Of a DNA stretch of 62,422 nucleotides, positions 32,314 through 41,248 are shown piece by piece; positions within the stretch are counted from its first letter, which is position 1, and every line of letters begins with the position of its first letter. The translations under genes and the position numbers were made by a program. The DNA is from an uncultured bacterium (GTDB taxonomy: Bacteria > JAGOEH01): assembly GCA_964632485.1 (NCBI GenBank), contig CAZWDO010000011.1, positions 62,001-124,422 on the forward strand. Reading direction: 5' to 3'. The notes under the pieces were generated by a model, which worked only from the letters and a program-made list of their open reading frames with translations, was not told the DNA's origin and ran no database searches.

Positions 32314-33150
32314 ATGAACTGGAAAAAACTGACACTCTCCATTGGATACAGGTCTCTTGCCGATAAGGAGTGGATTAATTTCCGATTATTTGAAATGGGA
32401 GCGCAAGGAATTGAAGAGCTCTCCGATGATCAATGGAGTGTTTTTTTCCCACCCACTCAGGAAACAGATGAAATTACAAACTTACTTCTGGAAGAATTCG
32501 GCTCATCAATCCTGATGGTTTGGGAAATTCAAAAAGAGGAGGATTGGCTGCATAAATGGAAAGAAAAGATCGAACCGGTGTTAATTGAGGACCGGTTTTA
32601 CATTCGAGCGCCCTGGCACGCGGTTTCGGAACAATTGCCAGAAATCATCATTGAACCTAACTTAGCATTCGGCACCGGCCATCATGAATCGACCCGATTA
32701 ATACTCAAGGTCATGCGCCGAGAAGATATCCTGAACCGCAGTGTACTGGATTTAGGTTGCGGGTCGGCGATTTTGGCAATCGCGGCTTTTCATTTCCAAG
32801 CCGCTGCAATTGTGGGTCTGGATAACGACCTCGAGGCGCTGAGCTATGCCGAAAGCAATCTGGAAGTCAATCGAATTACCAATCGCATCCAATTATATGG
32901 GGATGCGGACGCCATCCCCGGGCAATCATTCGACGTCGTACTGATGAACATGATCAGCAGTGAGCAATTCCAGGTATGGCCGCTGATCGAACGGTTCCAA
33001 CCCGGCGTTCTTTATACCAGTGGAATTTTAGACACAGAAATGCAGGAGTATCAACATGAAATTGAACAACGGGGCTTTGTAATCAGCGACCAGGTCAGCG
33101 AGAATGAATGGCGTGGGTTTCGATTAATCCCGGCCATGCATCATCGTTAG
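32314..33150 (+). CDS. prmA: Ribosomal protein L11 methyltransferase
   Basis: EDW..KWK, IEPNLAFGTGHHEST, LDLGCGSAILAI, SGI. Confidence 0.92.
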   Translation: MNWKKLTLSIGYRSLADKEWINFRLFEMGAQGIEELSDDQWSVFFPPTQETDEITNLLLEEFGSSILMVWEIQKEEDWLHKWKEKIEPVLIEDRFYIRAPWHAVSEQLPEIIIEPNLAFGTGHHESTRLILKVMRREDILNRSVLDLGCGSAILAIAAFHFQAAAIVGLDNDLEALSYAESNLEVNRITNRIQLYGDADAIPGQSFDVVLMNMISSEQFQVWPLIERFQPGVLYTSGILDTEMQEYQHEIEQRGFVISDQVSENEWRGFRLIPAMHHR

Positions 33151-34456
33151 TAACCAGCGCGCCAATAAAAAAACAACCAGGCCTAAAAGAACCATAAAAA
33201 CCGCAATACCAGAAAAAACTAATTGGGGGCCCAGTTGTTCAATATATTCGACTAAAAACCCGCCCAATACATTAGCAATAAAACTACTGAGGAACCATAC
33301 TCCCATAAAAAGGGAAACCATCCGAAAAGGCGCAAGCTTGGTCACCATCGACAACCCAATCGGGGATAGACAGATTTCACCGATGGTATGAAAAAAATAA
33401 GTAGCCAGCAGCCAAAACAGACCAGCTTTTATGCTCGGATCTTTGATATTGCCGCCGCGTTGCATTACGGCCCCCAGCATAAAAATAAAGCCGATACCGA
33501 GAAACAGCATACCCCAAGCCATTTTGGAAGGAGTCGATGGATTCTTTTTCCGTGTTTTCCAGCGCTAACCATAACCAGGAAAAGAACGGTGAAAGCAGTA
33601 CAACAAACAGTGGGTTAATCGATTGAAACCAGGATGTTGGAATTTCCCATCCCCCAACCACCCGATCAATGTAGCGGTCGGTATAAAGATTGAAGGAACT
33701 GCCGGCCTGCTCATAACCCGCCCAGAAAAAAATCGTAAAGACCATCAATACGACGATTACGGCAATCCGGTCAGTTTCATCTTTTGTCAGCGGAACTTTT
33801 TGCTGGGAAGCGTTTCGGTATTCGACATGTTTGGATACCATTCCAAGATTACCGAGATAACGCGGCGCCGTCACTAAATAAATAATCAAACCGAGCATCA
33901 TCCCAAATCCAGCCGTCAAAAACCCATAACGATATCCATAAGTTTCGCCGAGATAGCCACAAAGCAGGGGCGCTAAAAAAACTCCCCCATTGAAAAGCAT
34001 GTAGTACAGCGTAAATGCGCTGTCCCGTCGCTTATCACCCTGTTCATAAAGATCGCCGATCATCGTAATCACGGTCGGTTTAAAAAAACCGTTTCCAAGG
34101 ACTAACAACGTCAGGCCCGGAATGAATGAGAGCAGGCCCTGGTCCCAGGCGCACGTAAAATGCCCGACCATAATCAGTAAACCACCCAGCGTTACCGATC
34201 GCCGCTGGCCCAGCCAGCGATCAGCCAAATACCCGCCCAGCAGTGGAGTTAAATAACACAACCCGGTAAAGATACCATATACCCGGCCGGCGAGCCCATC
34301 GCTCCAACTTAAACCGCTCAGATGATGCGTTGACGCATTTACCATATAAAGAATTAAAAAAGCCCGCATTCCATAATAACTAAAGCGTTCCCAGGAAGCA
34401 GTAAATGCTAAAATATACAAAGCGGGAGGATGTTTAAATTGATTTTCAGCCTGCAT
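33124..34456 (-). pseudogene. POT/PTR di/tripeptide MFS transporter, frameshifted near 33550
   Basis: WERFSYYGMRA, GGYLADRWLG, GNGFFKP, FQSINP; C-terminal half (KNPSTPSKM...GEICLSPIGLS) is in another frame. Confidence 0.8.
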
Positions 34457-34560
34457 AGCGCCTTCTTTCTTTGGTTTTGGGTGGATAAATCTTCATTTCA
34501 TATTAGAAATTAACATAAAAAATCAATATGTCAAGTATTAATAAATTTTAAAAAACAGTC

Positions 34561-34589
34561 TTGATTTTTAAATAAAAATCCCTTATATT
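34561..34589 (+). promoter_or_regulatory. sigma70-type promoter of the decarboxylase, divergent from the POT promoter
   Basis: TTGATT-17 bp-TATATT; opposite-strand TTGACA at 34529-34534. Confidence 0.65.
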
Positions 34590-34595
34590 AAACCT

Positions 34596-34817
34596 GGTTG
34601 AGTACTGCTCATTGGAACGATGATTCCGCTAAGTAACCCAGGATTTTGCCCTATTGATCTGCCCATCGGCAGTGATACGGTGATAACGGTTTTTTAGGGC
34701 TGATTCCGGCTTATATCGGAGTGAAGGATGCGGTGAATAATGAGCAGAACCTTTTTACTTGGCATTTAATTGGATTTCGTATTGAGAATGCAATAAAAAC
34801 CAGGAAAGGAATACCAA
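34596..34817 (+). promoter_or_regulatory. Candidate structured cis-regulatory RNA leader
   Basis: CTGCTCATT/AATGAGCAG closing helix enclosing several helices (see findings). Confidence 0.55.
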
Positions 34818-35993
34818 TTGCAGCAATATCCTTATCAATTTCCTATCGAGCAATATTACAATCCTTCCCGCTTTGAAATGATAAAGAACTGTTTCAGCAT
34901 GGAAGAAACTCCTTTTTTAGTCATTGATCTTGAAAAGGTGAAAACGCGGTATCTTCAGTTACGTCAACTCATGCCCTATGCAGACATTTATTATGCAGTC
35001 AAATCAAATCCTGATGACGAAGTACTGAAATTATTGCGAGATTTAGGCTGTTATTTTGATATTGCTACAATCTATGAAATGGATCAATTGCTGCGTTTAA
35101 ACGTGGATCCGGCCAGTATGAGTTTCGGTAACACTATTAAAAAAGCGGAGCATATTCGTTATGCTTACAATCAGGGAGTGCGGCTTTTTGCCACAGATTC
35201 CGAAGAAGACCTGGACAAATTGTCAAAATTCGCTCCCCAATCACGCGTTTTCTTCCGGATCATGAATGATGGGACCGGAGCGGATTGGCCGCTATCGCGC
35301 AAGTTTGGCGCGCATCCTGATTTGATCTACTCTTTGGCATTGAAATGCGTGGAACTCAATTTAATTCCTTATGGCCTATCTTTCCATGTCGGTTCACAAC
35401 AGCGCGATATTGGGCAATGGGATGATGCCATTGCTCAAAGCAATTATCTCTTTGAAGCCCTTTCCAGCCAGGGAGTGAATCTGCAAATGCTTAACCTGGG
35501 TGGGGGTTTGCCGGCTCATTACCTGAATCCTACTTTAGATATTGAAATATACTCAGAAGAAATCACCCGCTACCTGCAAGAAGATTTCGGGATGCAGTTC
35601 CCCCGGATTATTATTGAACCTGGACGGTTTATGACTGGTGATGCGGGAATCATATTCACTGAAATCGTAATGATTGCCAAAAAGTCAAAAACGAATCCCT
35701 ATCAATGGGTTTACCTGGATGTGGGAGTATTTGGGGGACTGATCGAGACTATAGAAGAATCGATCAAATATCCGGTTTATTTCGAAGGAGAAGGCAATTC
35801 CCAGGAGATTATTTTGGCGGGTCCCACATGCGACAGTATGGATGTTTTATATGAAAAATACAAATACCGGATGCCGGAAAGCGCCCAAAGTGGTGATCGC
35901 GTCGCCATTTTTTCCTGCGGCGCCTACACTCAGAGCTATAGCGCCGCTTGTTTTAATGGATTTCCCCCGCTTAAAAGCTACACATTTCGCTAA
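34818..35993 (+). CDS. Fold-type III PLP ornithine/lysine decarboxylase
   Basis: YAVKSNP (PLP lysine), WPLSRKFG, SFHVGSQ, NLGGG, EPGRF, GPTCDSMD, GAYT, FNGF; TTG start with AAGGA RBS. Confidence 0.93.
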   Translation: MQQYPYQFPIEQYYNPSRFEMIKNCFSMEETPFLVIDLEKVKTRYLQLRQLMPYADIYYAVKSNPDDEVLKLLRDLGCYFDIATIYEMDQLLRLNVDPASMSFGNTIKKAEHIRYAYNQGVRLFATDSEEDLDKLSKFAPQSRVFFRIMNDGTGADWPLSRKFGAHPDLIYSLALKCVELNLIPYGLSFHVGSQQRDIGQWDDAIAQSNYLFEALSSQGVNLQMLNLGGGLPAHYLNPTLDIEIYSEEITRYLQEDFGMQFPRIIIEPGRFMTGDAGIIFTEIVMIAKKSKTNPYQWVYLDVGVFGGLIETIEESIKYPVYFEGEGNSQEIILAGPTCDSMDVLYEKYKYRMPESAQSGDRVAIFSCGAYTQSYSAACFNGFPPLKSYTFR

Positions 35994-36020
35994 TATTGCT
36001 TATCTTTTGGTTTATCATTA

Positions 36021-38318
36021 ATGAAAAAACAAACAAAAAAATCGCTGATCCGTAGCGAACATCGTTTTCGTTCACTGGTCCAGCAATCATCCGATATCAT
36101 AATGGTTTTCAACCAAGCGGGTATGATTACTTATCAATCCCCGGCCATTCATTCCATATTAGGCTATGAACACGGTATCGAATCGTCACGGCAACTATTA
36201 AAAAATATCCATCCCTCCGATCGAAAAGAGCTGATAACATTTTTTAACAAATGCCGTGGGAAAAATCAAAGTCATTTGTTAATTGAATTCAGAATCCGCC
36301 ATGCGGATGGACACTATATTTATATTGAAACAATAGCCAACAATCTTCTGACTAAAAAATATGTACGGGGAATCATATTCAATGCGCGGGAGATCACTAA
36401 CCGCAAGCAAGCTCAAATCGCTTTATTAAAAAGCGAGGAGCGCTTCAGATTGATGGCGGAACATATACAGGACGGTTTAATTATTGTTGAAAATGATGAA
36501 GTTGTATATATGAACCAAAAAATTTGTGAAATACTGGGATACCCTCCCGATGAACTGAAATATCTGACTGGAGTAGATATTGCAGCTCCCGAAGAAATAA
36601 ATAAAGTCCGGCGGATTCGTGAAGAAGCCTTTCAAAATAAGCGCTACCCGTTTGAATTTGAATACTGGATTATCAGAAAAGATGGCGCCCGGCGATATAT
36701 TCGCAATCATTATTCCCGTACCCAGATGGGAGATCGGGAGCATGTTTTCATTATCACTTCTGATCTGACCAAACATAAATTATCGGAAGAAATGATTCGG
36801 GCGGAACGGGAACGGCTGATGATTACTTTAAAGTCAATCGCCGATGGCGTCATCGCCACCGACACTTTAGGAACAATTCAACTTACCAATCCGGTGGCGC
36901 AGGAACTATTGAAATTGAGCGAAGAAAAACTTTATCTAAAAAATATCGATCTGTTTTTTCATCTCCGGGACTTAAAATCAGGACAAACAATTCTCAATCC
37001 GATAAATAGCATGTTCAGCAACAATATTGATCTGACTCCCTATCAAAGCGCTGAGCTGATTCTTTCTGATGGAATCAGAAAAATAATCGAATATACGTCA
37101 TCCCAAATCCGCGACCAGAATCAACAGGTGATCGGAGCGGTTTTAGTCTTTCGGGACATCACTCAAAAGCAACGCATGGAAGAAGAACTATTTAAAAATC
37201 AAAAAATTGAATCGCTGGGAATACTGGCGGGGGGAATCGCGCACGATTTCAACAATATACTCACCGGTTTTCTCGGGAATATTTCGTTGGTCAAATTGTA
37301 TGCCATTCGACATCAACTGGAACCGGTCACCGAACGTATGAGAGAAGCAGAAAATGCGGTCATCAAAGCCAAAGAGCTTACCCATCAGCTTTTAACATTT
37401 TCTAAAGGCGGTATTCCGATAAAAAAAACCACTTCTATTAATAATTTAATTCATGAATCCGCCAGTTTCCTACTCCGGGGTTCAAATATTAAAATCGAAA
37501 TTCAGTTCCCTTCAGATATTGGATATGTCGATATTGATGAAGGACAAATCAACCAGGTCATTCACAATTTGGTGATCAACGCTAAAGAGGCGATGCCCGA
37601 AGGCGGCGTTATCACTATCACCGGCATAAATTGTTTCATTACCCCCGATATGGGTATTCCTTTAGTCGCCGGGAAATATGTTAAGATTACATTCACCGAC
37701 CAGGGGCATGGAATTGCGCCGGAACATATTAAAAAAATTTTCGATCCCTATTTTACAACCAAAAGCCATGGGAACGGATTAGGTCTGGCAATCACATATT
37801 CCGTCATACGAAAACATAATGGCTATATATCCGTTCAATCAACACCCTCAAGAGGTTCGACCTTTACGATCTATCTGCCGATGTCCACTAATACCCTTAA
37901 CTCAAAAACCGATCTTGACAACCCATTACATTCAGGTAACAGATATCGTCGTATTCTGATTATGGATGATGATCAAATGATTTTGGATACGGTAGCCGAT
38001 CTGCTTTCCTTTCTTGGATACAACGTTATTACGGCGCACGATGGGCAGGAAGCGCTCAACCTATACAGCGAAGCGCTTAAACAAGGCAAGAATGTGGACT
38101 TGGTTATAATGGATTTGACTATTCCCGGCGGAATGGGAGGGAAAGAAACCATTAAAAAGCTAATGGAACTCGACCCTTCCGCGCGAGCTATCGTTTCCAG
38201 CGGTTATTCGAACGATCCGATCATGGCCGCTTTCCGCGATTACGGATTCATGGGTGTTGTTGCCAAACCCTTTAAAATCGAAGAACTCAGTCAAATTATT
38301 GACGGAATACTGGGATAA
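36021..38318 (+). CDS. Multi-PAS hybrid histidine kinase with REC
   Basis: Three PAS domains, GGIAHDFNNIL, NAKEAMP, FDPYFTTK, GLGL, IMDLTIPGGMGG. Confidence 0.93.
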   Translation: MKKQTKKSLIRSEHRFRSLVQQSSDIIMVFNQAGMITYQSPAIHSILGYEHGIESSRQLLKNIHPSDRKELITFFNKCRGKNQSHLLIEFRIRHADGHYIYIETIANNLLTKKYVRGIIFNAREITNRKQAQIALLKSEERFRLMAEHIQDGLIIVENDEVVYMNQKICEILGYPPDELKYLTGVDIAAPEEINKVRRIREEAFQNKRYPFEFEYWIIRKDGARRYIRNHYSRTQMGDREHVFIITSDLTKHKLSEEMIRAERERLMITLKSIADGVIATDTLGTIQLTNPVAQELLKLSEEKLYLKNIDLFFHLRDLKSGQTILNPINSMFSNNIDLTPYQSAELILSDGIRKIIEYTSSQIRDQNQQVIGAVLVFRDITQKQRMEEELFKNQKIESLGILAGGIAHDFNNILTGFLGNISLVKLYAIRHQLEPVTERMREAENAVIKAKELTHQLLTFSKGGIPIKKTTSINNLIHESASFLLRGSNIKIEIQFPSDIGYVDIDEGQINQVIHNLVINAKEAMPEGGVITITGINCFITPDMGIPLVAGKYVKITFTDQGHGIAPEHIKKIFDPYFTTKSHGNGLGLAITYSVIRKHNGYISVQSTPSRGSTFTIYLPMSTNTLNSKTDLDNPLHSGNRYRRILIMDDDQMILDTVADLLSFLGYNVITAHDGQEALNLYSEALKQGKNVDLVIMDLTIPGGMGGKETIKKLMELDPSARAIVSSGYSNDPIMAAFRDYGFMGVVAKPFKIEELSQIIDGILG

Positions 38319-38321
38319 ATA

Positions 38322-38672
38322 ATGTCACTTGGCCAAGTTCATAAAATCTGCAGTCCACTCAATAAAGCCATCCTGATACTTTTTGCGGTTATTATCGCGA
38401 TTCCTTCATTTTATCTGTGTATCCATGAAAATCATCATGTTTGCATCTCGTTTGAAGAGCATCAAAATGATCATCAACATCATCAATGCCGGGATTATTC
38501 TTTTCGATCCCAGTACTTTCTCCACACGGCGCAGCCTCATGGGATACTTATCAGCGCCATCATCATATTATTTGATCTTAATAGCTCATTCATCATACAA
38601 CCGGCTCTAAAGGCTTATTACCCGTTTGCAATATTTCTTCAAAAACTTCAGACTGTCCGATTACTCATTTAG
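38322..38672 (+). CDS. Small His/Cys-rich membrane protein upstream of the metal RND pump
   Basis: TM segment, CIHENHHVC...HQNDHQHHQC, C-terminal TVRLLI. Confidence 0.6.
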   Translation: MSLGQVHKICSPLNKAILILFAVIIAIPSFYLCIHENHHVCISFEEHQNDHQHHQCRDYSFRSQYFLHTAQPHGILISAIIILFDLNSSFIIQPALKAYYPFAIFLQKLQTVRLLI

Positions 38673-38853
38673 AAACATCTTTTATCCCTAACCTTAAACG
38701 TACAATCATCAGGAGAGTCTATGCAGAACCATAGCTCCGATGAAAAAGCGCCGGATTACTAACGTCCAAATTTCAATTAAAGTAATTATTCATCAGACTT
38801 TCATTAGGGTCCGGCAACCCACTTATCCAATTCTAATCAGTTGAGGAGAAAAG

Positions 38854-40155
38854 ATGGAAAAATTCTACCATGATGACAACCCGATCATCAGAATTATAGT
38901 ATGGCTTATTTTACTGCCCGCAGTGGCTCAAATTCCTTTTTCAAATTCCTTGCAAGCAGAGTCTCAACCACTCACCTGCCAAACCTGGATAGAAACGATC
39001 ACTGAACATCATCCCGAATTACTTACTGTAAAAAAAGAAATAGATGTCCAAACAGCCCTCATGAAAGCCCAAAACAGCTATTCCAGCGGCGATTTGAATT
39101 TTTCAATTGAGAATTTTGGGGGCGCGGCTGAATTTAGCAGATTAAACCAAAGTGAATTAACGCTGAGTTATCAAAATATCCTGCCTGTCAATCTGGTATT
39201 CACCTTAAATCAGAATAAATCACAATTGGAAATCCAAAAACTAATGATTGAATATCAGCGACTCAAACAATCAATCCTGCTCTCTTTAACCACTCTTTTG
39301 GTAGAAAAGCAAAAAATTATCAGTCTCCAAACTCTGATTGATCAAGAAAAAATCTATAATGATAGCCTCATTGACGTACAAAAAAAAGGAGTGATTCTCG
39401 GTCGTTACAATAGCCTGGATACTTTGATTTTTAAACAAATCCGATACGAAATCTTAATGCGATCCAGCGAACTGGAAGCGATGAATGTTAATTGTCAAAA
39501 GCAATTCCAAATTTTATCCGCTCTAAATGGGCTTAATATTCAACATACCAATAATTTGTCGCTTGATTCGATTCCTCTCTTACCCGAATTGGATTCTCTA
39601 AAATTATTATCAGCAAACTCATTCGACCATCAATTAATCGAAATTGACCGGAAAATAAATCTGATAGAATTAAAAATCGCCGCAAAAGAGCGTTACGCTC
39701 CTCCGACTTTCAATCTGGGTTGGCGTTATTTCAATAGTGAAAGGAATTATGCCTGGATTCTTGAATTCTGTTGGTCCTTACCCCAATTTAAGCAAAACAA
39801 TTACTACCAACAATCCAAGCTCAGAACTTCAGAAAAAATCGCATTAAATCAAAAAAACAACACTACGAATCAAGAAATTGAACTGATCCAGCGATACCAG
39901 GAAATAGCTTCACTAAGCCAACAAATAGCCATATTGGAAAACCAGATACTCCCCAATTATTTTCAAATACAGCGCCAAACAAAGGAACTATTATTAAAAG
40001 GCGCAATTCCAATACAGACATTATATGAACTCCAATTAAGCTATATTGAAAACAAATCTCGACTAATAGAAAAAAAATCGGAATACTTGGCCACTTATTT
40101 TGCGCTATACGCCCAGCTCGGGCAATTAAATTCTCTTGAAGTTATTTTAAAATGA
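38854..40155 (+). CDS. TolC/CzcC family outer-membrane factor
   Basis: Signal peptide, HHPEL, IENFGG...SELTL, helical repeats; position before MFP and RND; GAGGAG RBS. Confidence 0.8.
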   Translation: MEKFYHDDNPIIRIIVWLILLPAVAQIPFSNSLQAESQPLTCQTWIETITEHHPELLTVKKEIDVQTALMKAQNSYSSGDLNFSIENFGGAAEFSRLNQSELTLSYQNILPVNLVFTLNQNKSQLEIQKLMIEYQRLKQSILLSLTTLLVEKQKIISLQTLIDQEKIYNDSLIDVQKKGVILGRYNSLDTLIFKQIRYEILMRSSELEAMNVNCQKQFQILSALNGLNIQHTNNLSLDSIPLLPELDSLKLLSANSFDHQLIEIDRKINLIELKIAAKERYAPPTFNLGWRYFNSERNYAWILEFCWSLPQFKQNNYYQQSKLRTSEKIALNQKNNTTNQEIELIQRYQEIASLSQQIAILENQILPNYFQIQRQTKELLLKGAIPIQTLYELQLSYIENKSRLIEKKSEYLATYFALYAQLGQLNSLEVILK

Positions 40156-40221
40156 TTTACATGGAATCAACAACCATCCGGATCACAAATAAAATATAAA
40201 TTCATTCAGAAAGGAATATAA

Positions 40222-41235
40222 ATGAATTTCATCAACCCGACAATTTATCGCATCAGTATCATTTTATTATTTATTATAGTAAACTTTTATTGTCAGCAAC
40301 CGGCAATCGATCAGGAGCTGGATCATCAGGAATCCCAGCATACGGAGGAGACACACACGGATTCCGGAACAGAATCGGATCAGGGACATAGCTCAGTAGG
40401 GGAAATCAGTTTATCCAGTGAAAAGGTAAAAATAGGACAAATCAAAGTTGAAACAATAATTGCGGGCGAAATCGATAGGCAGTTACTTTTTTATGGATCG
40501 GTTGAATGGCGAAACGAAGGGTACACTAAAATTTACGCTTCATATCCGGGACGAATTAAAAAAATCTGGATTACCCCCGGAGAGAGTGTCGGCATTGATC
40601 AGCCCTTATTTTTATTAGAAAACAGCGAAAATCTGCAGACCTATATCATTCGATCACCCCTCGAAGGAAATATTTTGTCGCTGAATACACATATTGATGA
40701 ATTCGTTGATCCGATGGTCATTTTAGCTGAGATTGGCAATCCCAGACAATTAAGAGTTCGGATGGATATTGACGTAACTCGTCTGCCGCTCATTCGCATT
40801 CAATTGCCAGTCATCATCCAATCTCTGGATGAAAAAAAAGAAGCCACCAGCGTTATTCAAACTATCGGCTTTGAAATTGATCAAGGAACTCAGCAAAGCG
40901 CCGCCTGGATCAATTTAGCTTATGACGCGGAGAACCCCTGGATAGTGGGTGAATTTACCCGGATTCGCGTTATCAAAAAGGAATGCGACTCCAGTTTATG
41001 GAATATATCCATTAATGCCATTCAGCGCCTTGACAATCAAACCATCATTTTTTTAGCGGAAGACGATACGACATTCATTCCCTACCCGGTAGTTATTGGA
41101 GAAACCAACGAAACCCGTTTAACGATTATTGGAGAAAAACCGCCGATTCATCGATATGTTTCGCAAGGTTCATTTATCCTGAAAAGCATCATGCTCAGTA
41201 ACGAGTTTGGCGGCCATGCCGGCCATGGACATTGA
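40222..41235 (+). CDS. CzcB-like RND periplasmic adaptor
   Basis: His-rich N-terminus, lipoyl halves GESV and IRSPLEG, VSQGSFILKS, C-terminal GGHAGHGH. Confidence 0.88.
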   Translation: MNFINPTIYRISIILLFIIVNFYCQQPAIDQELDHQESQHTEETHTDSGTESDQGHSSVGEISLSSEKVKIGQIKVETIIAGEIDRQLLFYGSVEWRNEGYTKIYASYPGRIKKIWITPGESVGIDQPLFLLENSENLQTYIIRSPLEGNILSLNTHIDEFVDPMVILAEIGNPRQLRVRMDIDVTRLPLIRIQLPVIIQSLDEKKEATSVIQTIGFEIDQGTQQSAAWINLAYDAENPWIVGEFTRIRVIKKECDSSLWNISINAIQRLDNQTIIFLAEDDTTFIPYPVVIGETNETRLTIIGEKPPIHRYVSQGSFILKSIMLSNEFGGHAGHGH

Positions 41236-41248
41236 GGAGGTTGACGTT

